From the NCBI RefSeq assembly GCF_049514155.1, contig NZ_JBEKVH010000012.1:1316-65315 (forward strand): a stretch of 64,000 nucleotides of DNA. The letters run 5' to 3'. Positions within the stretch are counted from its first letter, which is position 1; the number at the start of each line of letters is the position of its first letter. Of the stretch, positions 45,946 through 56,592 are shown piece after piece. Made by a program: the position numbers and the translations under genes. The notes below the pieces were generated by a model, which saw only the letters and a program-made list of their open reading frames with translations, made no database searches and was not told the origin of the DNA. This DNA is from Roseiarcus sp. GTDB lineage: Bacteria > Pseudomonadota > Alphaproteobacteria > Rhizobiales > Beijerinckiaceae.

Positions 45946-47270
45946 AATCGCGCTTTTTCGGGAGCCTTCTCGAGTTGGCGATCATGTCCCAACGCCAGGG
46001 CGATGACCAGCGCCGCCGCAGCGCAGGCGGCGACCGCGGCCAGGCCCCAGGCGAACGATCCGGTCGCATCCTTGATCCAGCCGATGACGAACGGGCCGAA
46101 ATAGCCGGAAAGGTTGCCGATCGAATTGATCGCCGCGATGCCCGCCGCCGCGGTGGCGCCGGAGAGGATCGCCGTCGGCAGGGTCCAGAAGATCGGCAGC
46201 GAGGCGAAGACGCCGAAGGCGCCGAAGGTCAGCGCGACCATCTTCAGCAGCGGATCGTCGAGCGCCGCCGAGGCGCCGATGCCGATCGCGGCGATCGCCA
46301 GCGCGATCGAAAGGTGGCCGATGCGCTCCATACTCGAGTCCGAGCTCATGCCCCACAGGATCATGCCGACGAAGCCGACGGCGTAGGGAATGGCGGTGAT
46401 CCAACCGGTGAGGGCGATCGACACGCCGAAACCCTTGACGATCGACGGCAGCCAGAAGCCGACGCCGTAGAGCGCGGCGACGACGCCGAAATAGATCAGC
46501 GAAGCGGCGAGCACGCGGGGGTCGTAGAGGCTGCGCAGCACGCTGGCCGGCGAAACGTGAACACGCGCGTTGTCCTCAGCCGCGAGCCGGTCGATCAGCC
46601 ACTCGCGCTCTTCCGCCTCGAGCCAATGCGCGTCGGCCGGCCGGTCGGTGAGGTAGAAAAAGGTGACGATCGCGAGCACGAGCGCCGGCGCCGCCTCGGC
46701 GACGAACAGCCATTGCCAGCCCTTGAAGCCGAGCGCGCCGTCGAGCCCGAGCAGCGAAGCGGAGACCGGCGAGCCGAGCGCCGAGGAGAGCGGGATTGCA
46801 GCCATGAAATAGCCGATGATGCGCGCGCGATAGGCGGCGGGGAACCACAGCGTCAGAAAGAAGATGATGCCGGGGAAGAAGCCCGCCTCGGCGAAGCCGA
46901 GCAGCACGCGCAGGAAGTAGAACGTGTGCTCGCCGCTGAAGTCGGTTTCCTTGGCGATCGCCGGGATGAAGGCCATCGCGCCGGAGATCAGCCCCCAGGA
47001 GAACATGATGCGCGCGATCCAACGCCGCGCCCCGACGCGGTCGAGCACGAGATTGGACGGCACCTCCAACAGGAAATAGGCGAGGAAGAACACGCCGGCG
47101 CCGAAGCCGAACATCGTGTCGGTGATGCCGATGTCGGCGTCCATCGTCAGCTTGGCGAAACCGACGTTGACCCGGTCGAGATAGGCGATGAAGTAGCAAA
47201 GCACGAGAAACGGCACGAAACGCCAGGCGACCTTGGCCGTGACGCGTCGTTCGACGTCGTTGTCGTCCAT
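45942..47270 (-). CDS. MFS transporter (anion:cation symporter-like)
   Basis: ATG at 47270 after GGAGAGG. 442 aa, 12 TM helices, the YLDRVNVGFA motif in TM1-2. Confidence 0.8.
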   Translation of the reverse strand: MDDNDVERRVTAKVAWRFVPFLVLCYFIAYLDRVNVGFAKLTMDADIGITDTMFGFGAGVFFLAYFLLEVPSNLVLDRVGARRWIARIMFSWGLISGAMAFIPAIAKETDFSGEHTFYFLRVLLGFAEAGFFPGIIFFLTLWFPAAYRARIIGYFMAAIPLSSALGSPVSASLLGLDGALGFKGWQWLFVAEAAPALVLAIVTFFYLTDRPADAHWLEAEEREWLIDRLAAEDNARVHVSPASVLRSLYDPRVLAASLIYFGVVAALYGVGFWLPSIVKGFGVSIALTGWITAIPYAVGFVGMILWGMSSDSSMERIGHLSIALAIAAIGIGASAALDDPLLKMVALTFGAFGVFASLPIFWTLPTAILSGATAAAGIAAINSIGNLSGYFGPFVIGWIKDATGSFAWGLAAVAACAAAALVIALALGHDRQLEKAPEKARL

Positions 47271-47361
47271 CGGAATCCTCTCCCGTGGCTTTCGTTTACG
47301 ACCGAAAGCTCTTGCGTCAGTTGAGCGCCGTTTTCTTTGCCGCGCAACTGCTTTGTGGCCA

Positions 47362-48651
47362 TTACGCCGGCGCAGCCGCGACAGCGCGCCGCGCCCGGCC
47401 CGCATAAATGAACAAGGTGGCCGCGAGACCGCACAACGCGGCGAAGCTCATCCAGTAGCCCGGCGAGGCCTTGTCGCCGGTCTCGCGGATCAGCCAGGTC
47501 GAGATCGCCAGCGACGAGCCGCCGAGCGTCGTGGCGAGGCTGTAAGCCAGCGCGAAGCCCGAGGTGCGTACGTTCGCCGGCACGGCTTCGGTCAGCGCGA
47601 CGACCATCGCGCCGTTGTACCAGCCGTAGAGCGCCGACAGCCAAAGCTCGACCAGCGTCATCTTGCCGAACGTCGGGTCGCTGACCAGCCAGGACAGGGC
47701 GGGATAGGCGGTGGCGAGCGTCAGCAGAGTCGTGGCGACGAGGATGGGCCGGCGGCCGATCCGGTCGGAGAGCGCGCCGGAAATCGGCAGCCAGAAGAAG
47801 TTCGAGGCGCCGACTGCGATGGTCACCAGGAGACTGTCGGACGCGGCGAGCTTCAGGACATTCTTGCCGAAGGAGGGGGTATAGACGGTGATCAGGTAGA
47901 ACGACACGGTCGTCATCGCCACCATGCCGACGCCGCCGACGACCACGGCCCAATTGGCGGTCAGCGTACGCGTGATTTCCGCGAAGCTCGGATGATGAAC
48001 GCGGGCGAGAAATTCCTCCGTCTCCTGCAGCGAGGCGCGCAGCACGAACAGCAGCGGCACGATCAGGCAGCCGATGACGAACGGAATGCGCCATCCCCAG
48101 GCCGCGACGTCGGCCGGCGCCATCAATTTGGCGATGGCGAAACCGATCAGCGCGGCGACGACGATCGCGACCTGCTGGCTCGCCGATTGCCAGCTGACGT
48201 AGAATCCCTTCTGTCCCGGCGGCGCCATTTCGGAGAGGTAAACCGACACGCCGCCGAGTTCGACCCCGGCGGAGAAGCCCTGCAACAGCCGCCCGGTCAC
48301 CACCAGCAGCGGCGCCGCAAGGCCGATCGTGGCGTAGGCGGGCACGAAGGCGATCAGCACTGTGCCGCAGGCCATGATTGAGAGCGTGACGATCAGCCCC
48401 TTGCGGCGGCCGATCCGGTCGATGTAGGGGCCGAGAACGAGTGCGCCGATCGGACGCATCGCGAAGCCCGCCGCGAAGCTGAGGAACGCCGACATGAGGG
48501 AAACGAATTGGCTTTCGTTAGGAAAGAAAGCTTTGCCGATATAGTCGGCGTAGATGCCGAACAAGAAAAAGTCGAACATCTCCAGGAAATTGCCGCTCGT
48601 CACTTGGACGACGGTGCGAATCTTCCCGTGCCGTGGCGAAGCGGGCCCCAT
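47362..48651 (-). CDS. MFS transporter (metabolite:H+ symporter-like)
   Basis: 429 aa. [13 protein letters not shown] near the N-terminus is typical of MHS-family carboxylate/osmolyte symporters. Confidence 0.8.
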   Translation of the reverse strand: MGPASPRHGKIRTVVQVTSGNFLEMFDFFLFGIYADYIGKAFFPNESQFVSLMSAFLSFAAGFAMRPIGALVLGPYIDRIGRRKGLIVTLSIMACGTVLIAFVPAYATIGLAAPLLVVTGRLLQGFSAGVELGGVSVYLSEMAPPGQKGFYVSWQSASQQVAIVVAALIGFAIAKLMAPADVAAWGWRIPFVIGCLIVPLLFVLRASLQETEEFLARVHHPSFAEITRTLTANWAVVVGGVGMVAMTTVSFYLITVYTPSFGKNVLKLAASDSLLVTIAVGASNFFWLPISGALSDRIGRRPILVATTLLTLATAYPALSWLVSDPTFGKMTLVELWLSALYGWYNGAMVVALTEAVPANVRTSGFALAYSLATTLGGSSLAISTWLIRETGDKASPGYWMSFAALCGLAATLFIYAGRARRAVAAAPA

Positions 48652-48750
48652 GGACAGTCCTCCCTCGCCGCGTTGGGCGCTGGAAGCGATCCTAAGCCAT
48701 TCGTCGTCCGATCCAAGCGCCTTTCACGCGGTCGTGACCACGGACTGGGG

Positions 48751-49482
48751 TCACGGCATGACGTAGGTCGCGCGGCCCTGGCCGAGCAGGGCGGCGCGAA
48801 TCGCGCCGGGCTCGTTGATCGAGAAGACGACAATCGGGATGCCATTGTCGCGCGCCAGCGCGAAGGCGGCGGTGTCCATGATCTGCAGGTTGCGGGCGAT
48901 CGCTTCGTCGTGGGTGAGGCGGTCGTAGCGTTTGGCGTTGGGGTCGCGCTTCGGATCGGCGGTGTAGACGCCGTCGACCTGGGTCGCCTTCATCACCGCC
49001 CCGGCGGAGAGCTCGCAGGCGCGCAACGAGGCGCCGGTGTCGGTGGTGAAGAACGGATTGCCGGTGCCGCCGGCGAGCACGATGACCCGTCCCTTGACGA
49101 GATGGCCGAGCGCCGCCTGGCGCGAATAGGGCTGGCACAGCGATGGCATCGCCGCCGCCGACAGCACGCGGGCCGGCTGGCCGAGCTGCTCGAGCGCGCC
49201 CTCCATCGCCAGCGCGTTCATCACGGTCGCGAGCATGCCGATCGAGTCGGCGCGGGCGCGTTCGATGCCCTTTTCGGCGCCGAGCAGGCCGCGGAAAAAA
49301 TTGCCGCCGCCGACCACCACCGCCACCTGGACGCCGAGCTCGGAGGCGGCCTTGAGATCGGCGCTGATGCGCTGCACCGTCGGCGCATTGAGGCCGAACG
49401 GGTCCGGCCCCATCAACGCCTCGCCCGACAGCTTGACGACGACCCGGTCGAACATCGGCTTTTCGCGCGCGCGGTCGGTCAA
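48751..49482 (-). CDS. pyrH: UMP kinase
   Basis: RVVVKLSGEAL, VVVGGGNFFRG and GTGNPFFTTDT motifs. I chose the TTG at 49482 (AGGAGA 6 nt upstream) over the ATG at 49455, which has a poor SD. The upstream part of the 390-aa track ORF is Arg/Ser junk. Confidence 0.85.
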   Translation of the reverse strand: MTDRAREKPMFDRVVVKLSGEALMGPDPFGLNAPTVQRISADLKAASELGVQVAVVVGGGNFFRGLLGAEKGIERARADSIGMLATVMNALAMEGALEQLGQPARVLSAAAMPSLCQPYSRQAALGHLVKGRVIVLAGGTGNPFFTTDTGASLRACELSAGAVMKATQVDGVYTADPKRDPNAKRYDRLTHDEAIARNLQIMDTAAFALARDNGIPIVVFSINEPGAIRAALLGQGRATYVMP

Positions 49483-49508
49483 CGCTCGTCTCCTGTCGTC
49501 GGCCCCTA

Positions 49509-49534
49509 AGAAAAGGGCGGCCCGCAGGCCGCCC
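49509..49534 (-). terminator. Rho-independent terminator after tsf
   Basis: The minus strand reads GGGCGGCC-tgcg-GGCCGCCC followed by TTTTCTT. Lies 16 nt after the tsf stop. Confidence 0.7.
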
Positions 49535-49549
49535 GCTCGATTCGGAAGT

Positions 49550-50443
49550 TTACCCTTCTTCGGCCGGTTTTTCGACGCCCTCGCCGAGCGCGAAGCGAAC
49601 GAAGCCTTTGACGGCGATCGGCGCGCCGACGCTCTTCTCCGCCTCCTTGACCGCCTGGGCGACCGATTTGGCGGGGTCGTGGACATACGCCTGATCGAGC
49701 AGGCAGACCTCCTTGTAGAAGGTCTTGAGGCCCGACTCGACGATCTTCTCGAGCACGTGCGGCGGCTTGCCGGCGTTCTTGTCGGCCAGCACCGCCTTCT
49801 CGCGGGCGATCGTCGCCGGGTCGACGCCGGCCGGATCGAGAGCGAGCGGACTCGCCGCAGCGACGTGCATCGCCACGTGGCGGCCGAGCGCCCGCAACGG
49901 CTCCGCCGCGCCGGTCGATTCAAGCGCGACGATCACGCCGATGCGCCCGAGCCCGTCGACGAGCTGGCTGTGGACGTAGTGTCCGATGACGCCGTTGGAC
50001 ACGTGCAGTCCGGCGGCCCGGCGCAGCGTTATGTTCTCGCCGATAGTGGCGACGGCGTTGGCGATCGCGTCGGCGACCGTGCCGCCGCCGGGATAATGCG
50101 CGCCCTTGACCGACTCGGCGTCGATGTCGGGCGCCTTGTCGAGCGCGACCGCGACGACGCCGTGGACCAGCGACTGGAAGTCGTCGTTGCGGGCGACGAA
50201 GTCGGTCTCGGAATTGACCTCGGCGACGACGCCGAGATTGGCTTCGACCGCGACGCCGACCAAGCCTTCGGCGGCGACGCGGCCGCTCTTCTTGGCCGCC
50301 TTGGCGAGACCCTTCTTGCGCAGCCAGTCGATGGCGGCTTCGATGTCGCCGCCGGTCTCGCCGAGCGCGGTCTTGCAATCCATCATGCCCGCGCCGGTTT
50401 TCTCGCGCAGGTCTTTCACCAGCGCGGCGCTAATCGTGGCCAT
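49550..50443 (-). CDS. tsf: translation elongation factor Ts
   Basis: 297 aa. [24 protein letters not shown]-like N-terminus. Downstream of rpsB. Confidence 0.95.
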   Translation of the reverse strand: MATISAALVKDLREKTGAGMMDCKTALGETGGDIEAAIDWLRKKGLAKAAKKSGRVAAEGLVGVAVEANLGVVAEVNSETDFVARNDDFQSLVHGVVAVALDKAPDIDAESVKGAHYPGGGTVADAIANAVATIGENITLRRAAGLHVSNGVIGHYVHSQLVDGLGRIGVIVALESTGAAEPLRALGRHVAMHVAAASPLALDPAGVDPATIAREKAVLADKNAGKPPHVLEKIVESGLKTFYKEVCLLDQAYVHDPAKSVAQAVKEAEKSVGAPIAVKGFVRFALGEGVEKPAEEG

Positions 50444-50528
50444 GGCAGTATTCCCCAGAATGAAATCGAATGGAGCGGCGGAGTTGCGCCCCGTTGCGCG
50501 CCTTTCTCCCGTTTGCGGGAGAGAGAAA

Positions 50529-51572
50529 TCACGCCGATGCGAGCAGCGTGCGAGCCTGGTCGACCCAATTGTCGCGGGCGACGCGACCGTTGAACTTGAG
50601 GTCGGCGTCGAGCTTGTCGGCTTCGTCCTTGGTCATCGCGGCGATCTGCCAATAGTGGAAGACGCCGTGCTCGTTGAGCTTCTTGACGATCTGCGGGCCG
50701 ACGCCGGTCAGCTTGGCGAGGTCGTCGGGCGCGCCGCGCGGCGCGGCGAGCAGCTCGAACCGGTCGGTCGAGGTCGCCGGTTCCATCTCGCCGGCGGCAT
50801 CCGTCTCGCCAGCGGCGGTCGGTTCGGGCAGGGCCTCCGCGATCGGCGCTTCGGCCGCGCCGACGTCCATGCCCGCCGCGCCCTGGCTGCGCGAGATGCC
50901 GTCGATCGCCGCGCGCGCGACGAGGTCGCAGTAGAGATTGATGGCGCGGGCCGCGTCGTCGTTGGCGGGCACCGGATAAGTGATTCCGTCGGGATCGCAA
51001 TTGGTGTCGAGGATGGCGAAAACCGGAATCTTGAGCCGGTTGGCCTCCTTGATCGCCAGCGCTTCCTTGTTGGTGTCGATGACGAAGACGAGGTCGGGGA
51101 CGCCGCCCATGTCCTTGATGCCGCCTAGCGCCTTCTCCAACTTGTCGCGCTCGCGCGACATCATCAGACGCTCTTTCTTGGTCAGGCCCTTGGCGCCTTC
51201 GCCAAGCTGCTCGTCGAGCTTGCGCAGCCGCGCGATCGAACCGGAGATGGTCTTCCAGTTGGTCAGCGTGCCGCCGAGCCAGCGCGAGTTGACGAAATAC
51301 TGCGCCGAGCGCTTGGCGGCTTCGGCGATCTCCTCGGCGGCCTGGCGCTTGGTGCCGACGAACAGCACGCGGCCGCCCTTGGCGACCGTGTCGGATACAA
51401 CCTTCAGCGCCTGGTGCAACAGCGGCACCGACTGGGCGAGATCGATGATGTGGATCGAGTTGCGCGTGCCGAAGATGTACGGCGCCATCTTCGGGTTCCA
51501 GCGATGCGACTGGTGGCCGAAATGCGCGCCGGACTCGAGGAGTTGGCGCATAGTGAAATCAGGCAGCGACAC
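50529..51572 (-). CDS. rpsB: 30S ribosomal protein S2 with long C-terminal extension
   Basis: The GTG at 51572 (GAAAGGA upstream) gives (M)[28 protein letters not shown]. The S2 core runs to about residue 230. It is followed by an acidic/Ala-Pro linker and a 75-aa module, [29 protein letters not shown]... Confidence 0.9.
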   Translation of the reverse strand: MSLPDFTMRQLLESGAHFGHQSHRWNPKMAPYIFGTRNSIHIIDLAQSVPLLHQALKVVSDTVAKGGRVLFVGTKRQAAEEIAEAAKRSAQYFVNSRWLGGTLTNWKTISGSIARLRKLDEQLGEGAKGLTKKERLMMSRERDKLEKALGGIKDMGGVPDLVFVIDTNKEALAIKEANRLKIPVFAILDTNCDPDGITYPVPANDDAARAINLYCDLVARAAIDGISRSQGAAGMDVGAAEAPIAEALPEPTAAGETDAAGEMEPATSTDRFELLAAPRGAPDDLAKLTGVGPQIVKKLNEHGVFHYWQIAAMTKDEADKLDADLKFNGRVARDNWVDQARTLLASA

Positions 51573-51812
51573 TGCGGTGTCCTTTCCGGTTGAGCCTCGG
51601 CGGATCATGTCGGCCGGGCGAACCCGGCCACCGGAGCGAACCCTTGAAGCAGGGCGCGCAGAAATCCGCCTGTGGAATGGCCGCGGCTATAAGGGAGGCG
51701 GCCGCCAAAGGCAAGGGCCGCGACAGGTTTGGTCGGCGTCGCCGCGATTTCAAAGCGCTAGGCGCCAAATCACGCGCGGCCTAGCGTTGGTCGCCGACGC
51801 TGGGTGTCTCGA

Positions 51813-51845
51813 GACAATTACACGTAATAAACATGTGTATTTGTC
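51813..51845. repeat. AT-rich imperfect palindrome GACAATTACACGT-aataaac-ATGTGTATTTGTC
   Basis: 13-bp arms with one mismatch and one G-T pair, flanked by CTCGA/TCGAG. Lies 25 nt downstream of the tal stop and about 240 nt upstream of rpsB. No U-tract. Confidence 0.55.
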
Positions 51846-51869
51846 GAGGCGCGCCGCGACGTCGCGCAA

Positions 51870-52823
51870 CTACGCCGCCAGCGCCAGCTTGCGCGACACC
51901 AGTTCGCGCAGCGAGGCGAGGTCCTTGGCGAAAGCGCGGATGCCTTCGGCAAGCTTCTCGGTCGCCATTGCGTCCTCATTCATGAGCCAACGGAAGCTCT
52001 TTTCGTCGAGGGCGATCTTGGCCGGCGCCGGGCCGGGGGCCTGCGGCGAAAGTCGGCGCGCGAGCATGCCGCTGTCGTCGGCGAGCTTGTGCAACAAGTC
52101 GGGCGAAATGGTCAGCCGATCGCAGCCGGCGAGCGCTTCGATCTCGCCAGTGTTGCGGAACGACGCGCCCATGACGACCGTCTTGATTCCGTGGGTCTTG
52201 TAGTAGGCGTAGATTGACCGCACCGACGTTACGCCGGGGTCAGTGTCCCCGGTGTAGGGACCGCCGCCCGCCTTGACGTGCCAATCGAAGATCCGGCCGA
52301 CGAACGGCGAGATGAGGAATGCGCCGGCGTCGGCGGCCGCGACCGCCTGGGCCAGCGAGAACAACAGCGTCATGTTGCAGTCGACGCCCTCGCGCTGCAG
52401 CGTGGCGGCGGCCTGCGCGCCCTCCCAGGTCGAAGCGATCTTGATCAGGATGCGCTCGCGGCCGATGCCGCGCTCGGCGTAGGCGGCGATGATTTCACGC
52501 GCCTTGGCGATCGTGGCGGCGACGTCGAACGACAGCGTCGCGTCGACCTCGGTCGAGACCCGGCCGGGAACGATGCGCGTCAGTTCCGCGCCGAAGTCGA
52601 TGATCAGCCGCTCGGTCACCGCCACGGGCGACGCCCCAGTCTTGCGGCCCCAGCCGACCGCCTCGTCGAACAGATAGCTGTAGGCGGGAAGCTGCGCAGC
52701 CTTGAAGATCAGGGTCGGGTTGGTGGTCGAATCCGTCGGCTGGTAGGCGCGGATCGATTCCATGTCGCCGGTGTCGGCGACGATCGTCGTCATGGTCCGC
52801 AATTGGTCGAGCTTGCTCGTCAT
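51870..52823 (-). CDS. tal: transaldolase (TalB type)
   Basis: ATG at 52823. 317 aa with [22 protein letters not shown] and ISPFVGRI motifs. Confidence 0.9.
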   Translation of the reverse strand: MTSKLDQLRTMTTIVADTGDMESIRAYQPTDSTTNPTLIFKAAQLPAYSYLFDEAVGWGRKTGASPVAVTERLIIDFGAELTRIVPGRVSTEVDATLSFDVAATIAKAREIIAAYAERGIGRERILIKIASTWEGAQAAATLQREGVDCNMTLLFSLAQAVAAADAGAFLISPFVGRIFDWHVKAGGGPYTGDTDPGVTSVRSIYAYYKTHGIKTVVMGASFRNTGEIEALAGCDRLTISPDLLHKLADDSGMLARRLSPQAPGPAPAKIALDEKSFRWLMNEDAMATEKLAEGIRAFAKDLASLRELVSRKLALAA

Positions 52824-52902
52824 GGCCGGGCTCCGAAAGTCGCGAGTTGAATATGGGGCGCAGCGGGGCGCGGGGGCAAGGGCCGCCTCTGCGGCGAACC
52901 GT

Positions 52903-54165
52903 TCAATTCGCCGTCGCCGTCGGCGCGGGAAGAGCGGCGGCCTGCGGCGTCGCAACGGAAGCTGGCGTTGCGGCAGGGACAGGCGTCCCCGCCGGGAGCG
53001 GCGCCGCGGTCACCGCCGACGCCTGACCCGGCGTCGCTGCGGGCGTCGGAACGGCGGCGGGGGGCGCCGACGGATCGATGTAGCCGCTCGCGTCGATGCT
53101 CGACATCGTGTTGGCGTCCTGCGGCCGCGGCGTCGCCATCTGCGCGCCGATCGCATGCAGCACGTCGGGCGCGTCGGCATAGGCGCCGTGGTCGATGAAG
53201 CCGTCGGAGAAATTGGTGAGGTCGTAGACCTTGGCGCCGAGCGCCTCGAGCCGCTCGCGGTCCTCGGGCTTCGACGGGTTGATCGCGCCGACCCGCTGGC
53301 GCGACTGGGCGATGGCGCTGGAGAGCGACAGCGCGCGATCGTTGGCGGTGGCGAAGACGGTGACGTTTGCTGGTCTCAGGCGCGCCATCTGCCCGGCGAA
53401 GACGTCCATGTCGATGTCGGGCGAGGCGAGCATGACATCGCCGAGATGGCCGGAGAGGTCGCGATCGCCGGCGATCGCCTCCTGGCGCAAAGCCTCCATC
53501 GCCAGCCAACCGCCCATCGAATGGGCGAGCACGTGGACTTTGCCGACGCCGGGCGTCGCACTGACGTCTTGCAGCAGCGCTTGCAACGCGTCGCGCGAGG
53601 CGGTGGCGTTGTCCTTGTCGGAGACGTAGCCGAACAGTTCGTGCTTGGTCGGCCAAGTGAACAGCACGGCGACGCCGCCGAACCGGCTGTCGGCCACAAT
53701 CTGCGCGGTGCGGTCGCGCGCCTCGTCGAATGGGGTGTTGAAGCCGTGGACGAAGACGAGCACGTCGCGGTTGACGCCGATGCGGCCGGAAACATGCGAA
53801 GCAAGCTCGGACTTGAATTCTTCGGAATCGAGCGTCCGCTCCTGGGCGAGAACGATGTGGTCGCGCGCGTTGGCGGCGCCGAACATCGGCTCTTCAATCG
53901 ATCCGGCGTGATGGCCGGGCGGGATCGTGAGGATGTCGAGCGCGTAGTGGACGCCGTCGGACGACAGCACCTGGGACGCCGCGCCGTGTTCGGCTTTGCG
54001 GGTCGAGGCGACGAAAACCTGCACCGGCCGAGCCGTCGTCGCCGCGACGGCCGGTCCGCCGAAAGCGCCGGCAAGGTCGGTCTCGCAGCCCGACAGCGTC
54101 AGCCCGGCGAGGCCGACGAGACCAAGAAAAACAAGCCCAATCGAGGCGCCACGCAGCCAAGCCAT
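52903..54165 (-). CDS. alpha/beta hydrolase lipoprotein (DUF900-like) with low-complexity tail
   Basis: ATG at 54165. Lipobox LTLSGC, FVHGFN and the nucleophile elbow AHSMGG. C-terminal Ala/Pro/Thr-rich tail of about 60 aa. Confidence 0.75.
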   Translation of the reverse strand: MAWLRGASIGLVFLGLVGLAGLTLSGCETDLAGAFGGPAVAATTARPVQVFVASTRKAEHGAASQVLSSDGVHYALDILTIPPGHHAGSIEEPMFGAANARDHIVLAQERTLDSEEFKSELASHVSGRIGVNRDVLVFVHGFNTPFDEARDRTAQIVADSRFGGVAVLFTWPTKHELFGYVSDKDNATASRDALQALLQDVSATPGVGKVHVLAHSMGGWLAMEALRQEAIAGDRDLSGHLGDVMLASPDIDMDVFAGQMARLRPANVTVFATANDRALSLSSAIAQSRQRVGAINPSKPEDRERLEALGAKVYDLTNFSDGFIDHGAYADAPDVLHAIGAQMATPRPQDANTMSSIDASGYIDPSAPPAAVPTPAATPGQASAVTAAPLPAGTPVPAATPASVATPQAAALPAPTATAN

Positions 54166-54291
54166 CGCTATCAGACTTTCCCGCTTGGTCGCTGCGGCCC
54201 CGCAGGCGCAGCGCGACTTAGCACGGTCCCTTCCGCCACGCATGTGGCGAGAGTGAGACGGAGCGGCCGGCGTGGCGCCGCCCCGCCCGCG

Positions 54292-55485
54292 TCAACGCTG
54301 TCGTTCGAACGCGAAGGCCGCGAGCGCGACGACTGGAAAGGCGAGGCCGATCGCGCTCGCCAGCCGCCAGCCGCCGTCGGCGTAGGCCCAGGCGCCGAGC
54401 GCCGAACCGAGCGCGCCGAACAGGAAGAAGCTCGCGATGTAGAGGCCATTGAGCCGACCGCGCGATTCGCCGCCGAGCGCGAATATGGCGCGGAACCCGA
54501 CGACCAGGTGGGCCTGCGCGCCAAAATCGAGCAGCACCGCCGCCGCGACCAGCAGCGCGAGCGCCATCGGGGCGCCGGCGGGGGCGAGATTGGCGATGAG
54601 AAAGGCGACGGCCGCGACAACCAGGGCCAACGCCGTCACCGCTCGGCTATGGCCGCTGTCGGCGAGGCGACCGGACAGCGGCGCGGCCACCGCGCCGGAG
54701 ACTCCAGCGAGCGCGAACAGCGCGATGCCGCGTTGGCCCAACCCGAAGGCGTCGGCGAGGAACAGCGGAACGGTCGTCCAGAACAACGAGAAGGCGGCGA
54801 ACAGGCAGGCTTGATAGAAGGCGCGCCGCTGCAACACCGGCGTCCGCGCGGCGAGCCCGATCAGCGACGCCATCAGCGCTCCATAGCCGACGCGAGACTC
54901 TGGCTGCCGTCGCGGCAGGCCGACCGCCAGCGCCGCCGCGGTCAGCGCCATCAGAGCGGCGGCGGCGAAAAAGACCGTACGCCAAGAGGTTTCCGCGGCG
55001 AGGAAGCTGGCGGCCGGCCGCGCCGCCATGATGCCGAGCATGATTCCCATCGCGATGTCGCCGACGACGCGGCCGCGTCGCGCCGCCGGCGCGAAATGGG
55101 CGGCGAGCGGCGCCAGCACCTGGACCGCGACCGAGCCGAAGCCGATCAGCAGCGCGCAGGCGAGAAACGCCGCCGGACCGTGCAACAGCCCTGCGCCGAG
55201 AAGACCGAGCGCAGCGAGCGCGATCGCGGCCAGCGTCAGGCGACGGTTCTCGACCAGGTCGGCGAGCGGAGCTATGAGCAGCAGGCCGGCGCCGTAGCCG
55301 AGCTGGGTCAGCGTGACGATCAGTCCGGCGCTGCGCGGCGGCAGGCCGAGCTCGGCGGCGATCGGCGCGATCAATGGCTGCGCGTAGTAGATGTTGGCGA
55401 CGATGACCCCGCAGGCGGCGGCGAACAGGGCCGTCAGGCGCGGCGAAAGCGTCGGCTCGTCGGACGGCGTCATGGCGGGCTCCAT
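54292..55485 (-). CDS. MFS transporter
   Basis: About 397 aa from the ATG at 55485 (the ATG at 55473 is also possible). 12 predicted TM helices. Confidence 0.75.
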   Translation of the reverse strand: MEPAMTPSDEPTLSPRLTALFAAACGVIVANIYYAQPLIAPIAAELGLPPRSAGLIVTLTQLGYGAGLLLIAPLADLVENRRLTLAAIALAALGLLGAGLLHGPAAFLACALLIGFGSVAVQVLAPLAAHFAPAARRGRVVGDIAMGIMLGIMAARPAASFLAAETSWRTVFFAAAALMALTAAALAVGLPRRQPESRVGYGALMASLIGLAARTPVLQRRAFYQACLFAAFSLFWTTVPLFLADAFGLGQRGIALFALAGVSGAVAAPLSGRLADSGHSRAVTALALVVAAVAFLIANLAPAGAPMALALLVAAAVLLDFGAQAHLVVGFRAIFALGGESRGRLNGLYIASFFLFGALGSALGAWAYADGGWRLASAIGLAFPVVALAAFAFERQR

Positions 55486-55563
55486 CCCAGCGCCGCTGCG
55501 GCGCTGCGCAAAGGGTCGCTGGATAGGGGACGATCGCGTCGCGATCAAGCGTCGAAGCGCGCG

Positions 55564-56592
55564 TCAGGCCGGCTGGCCGATCCGCACGGCGGCGCGGCAG
55601 GTCTCGATATGCTGCAGAAACTGGCGCGCGCTCTCGCGCCAGGTGAAGCGCAGCGAATGCTCGCGCGCCTTCTCGCGCGGAATCTCGAGGGCGGCCAAAC
55701 AGGCCGCGCCAAGATCGTCGTTGAGCGCGCCGGCGCCGCTTTCGCCGATCACGTCGAGCGGCCCGGCGACCGGATAGGCGGCGACCGGGATGCCGCTCGC
55801 CAACGCTTCGACCAGCACGATGCCGAATGTGTCGGTCTTCGAGGGGAAGACGAACACATCGGCGCTGGCGTAGACCCGCGCCAACGCTTCGCCGTGCAGC
55901 GCGCCGAGGAAATGCGCGTGCGGGAAGCGCCGCTCGAGGCCGGCGCGCGCCGGCCCTTCGCCGACGACGACCACCGATCCCGGCAGCTTGAGCTGCAGCA
56001 GCGCCTCGAGATTCTTCTCCACGGCGACCCGACCGACGCTGAGGAAGATTGGCCGCGGCAGGTCGAGCGCATCGCGCGAGCGCGGCCGATAGAGGCCATG
56101 GTCGACCCCGCGCGTCCACACCTTGACCTTTTCGAAGCCGCGACGCGTCAGCTCGTTGCGGATCGACAGGGTGGGCGCGAGCGTCGCCGCGGCGGGCGCA
56201 TGGAAGCGTCGCAGCGCCTCGTAGGAGACGGCCTCGGGCAGGCGGGTGCGCGCGGCGATATATTCGGGAAATCGGGTGTGATAGCTGGTGGTGAACAAGC
56301 GCCCGCGCTTGCGGCAATGGCGGCGCGCCGCCCAACCGATCGGTCCCTCGGTGGCGATGTGGATGTGGTCGGCGGCCGCGGCGTCGATGCGTCGCGAGAC
56401 CTCCCACGGAGGAGCGAGCGCGAGGCGGATGTCGGGGTAGGTCGGCAGCGGCAGGGAGGCAAAGCCCTGCGGCGTCAGGAAGACGAACTCGGCGTCGAGC
56501 TCGCGCGCCGCCGCCGACATGCGCTCGAGCGTATGGACGACGCCGTTGACTTGCGGCCGCCAGGCGTCGGTGGCGACGAGAATCCGGATCAA
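55564..56592 (-). CDS. GT4-family glycosyltransferase (Agt-like glycolipid synthase candidate)
   Basis: The TTG at 56592 overlaps the upstream stop (TTGA) and has GGAGG 5 nt upstream. N-terminus IRILVATDAWRPQVNGVVHTLE and the C-terminal E-x7-E-type region FPSKTDTFGIVLVEALASG. Confidence 0.75.
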   Translation of the reverse strand: MIRILVATDAWRPQVNGVVHTLERMSAAARELDAEFVFLTPQGFASLPLPTYPDIRLALAPPWEVSRRIDAAAADHIHIATEGPIGWAARRHCRKRGRLFTTSYHTRFPEYIAARTRLPEAVSYEALRRFHAPAAATLAPTLSIRNELTRRGFEKVKVWTRGVDHGLYRPRSRDALDLPRPIFLSVGRVAVEKNLEALLQLKLPGSVVVVGEGPARAGLERRFPHAHFLGALHGEALARVYASADVFVFPSKTDTFGIVLVEALASGIPVAAYPVAGPLDVIGESGAGALNDDLGAACLAALEIPREKAREHSLRFTWRESARQFLQHIETCRAAVRIGQPA

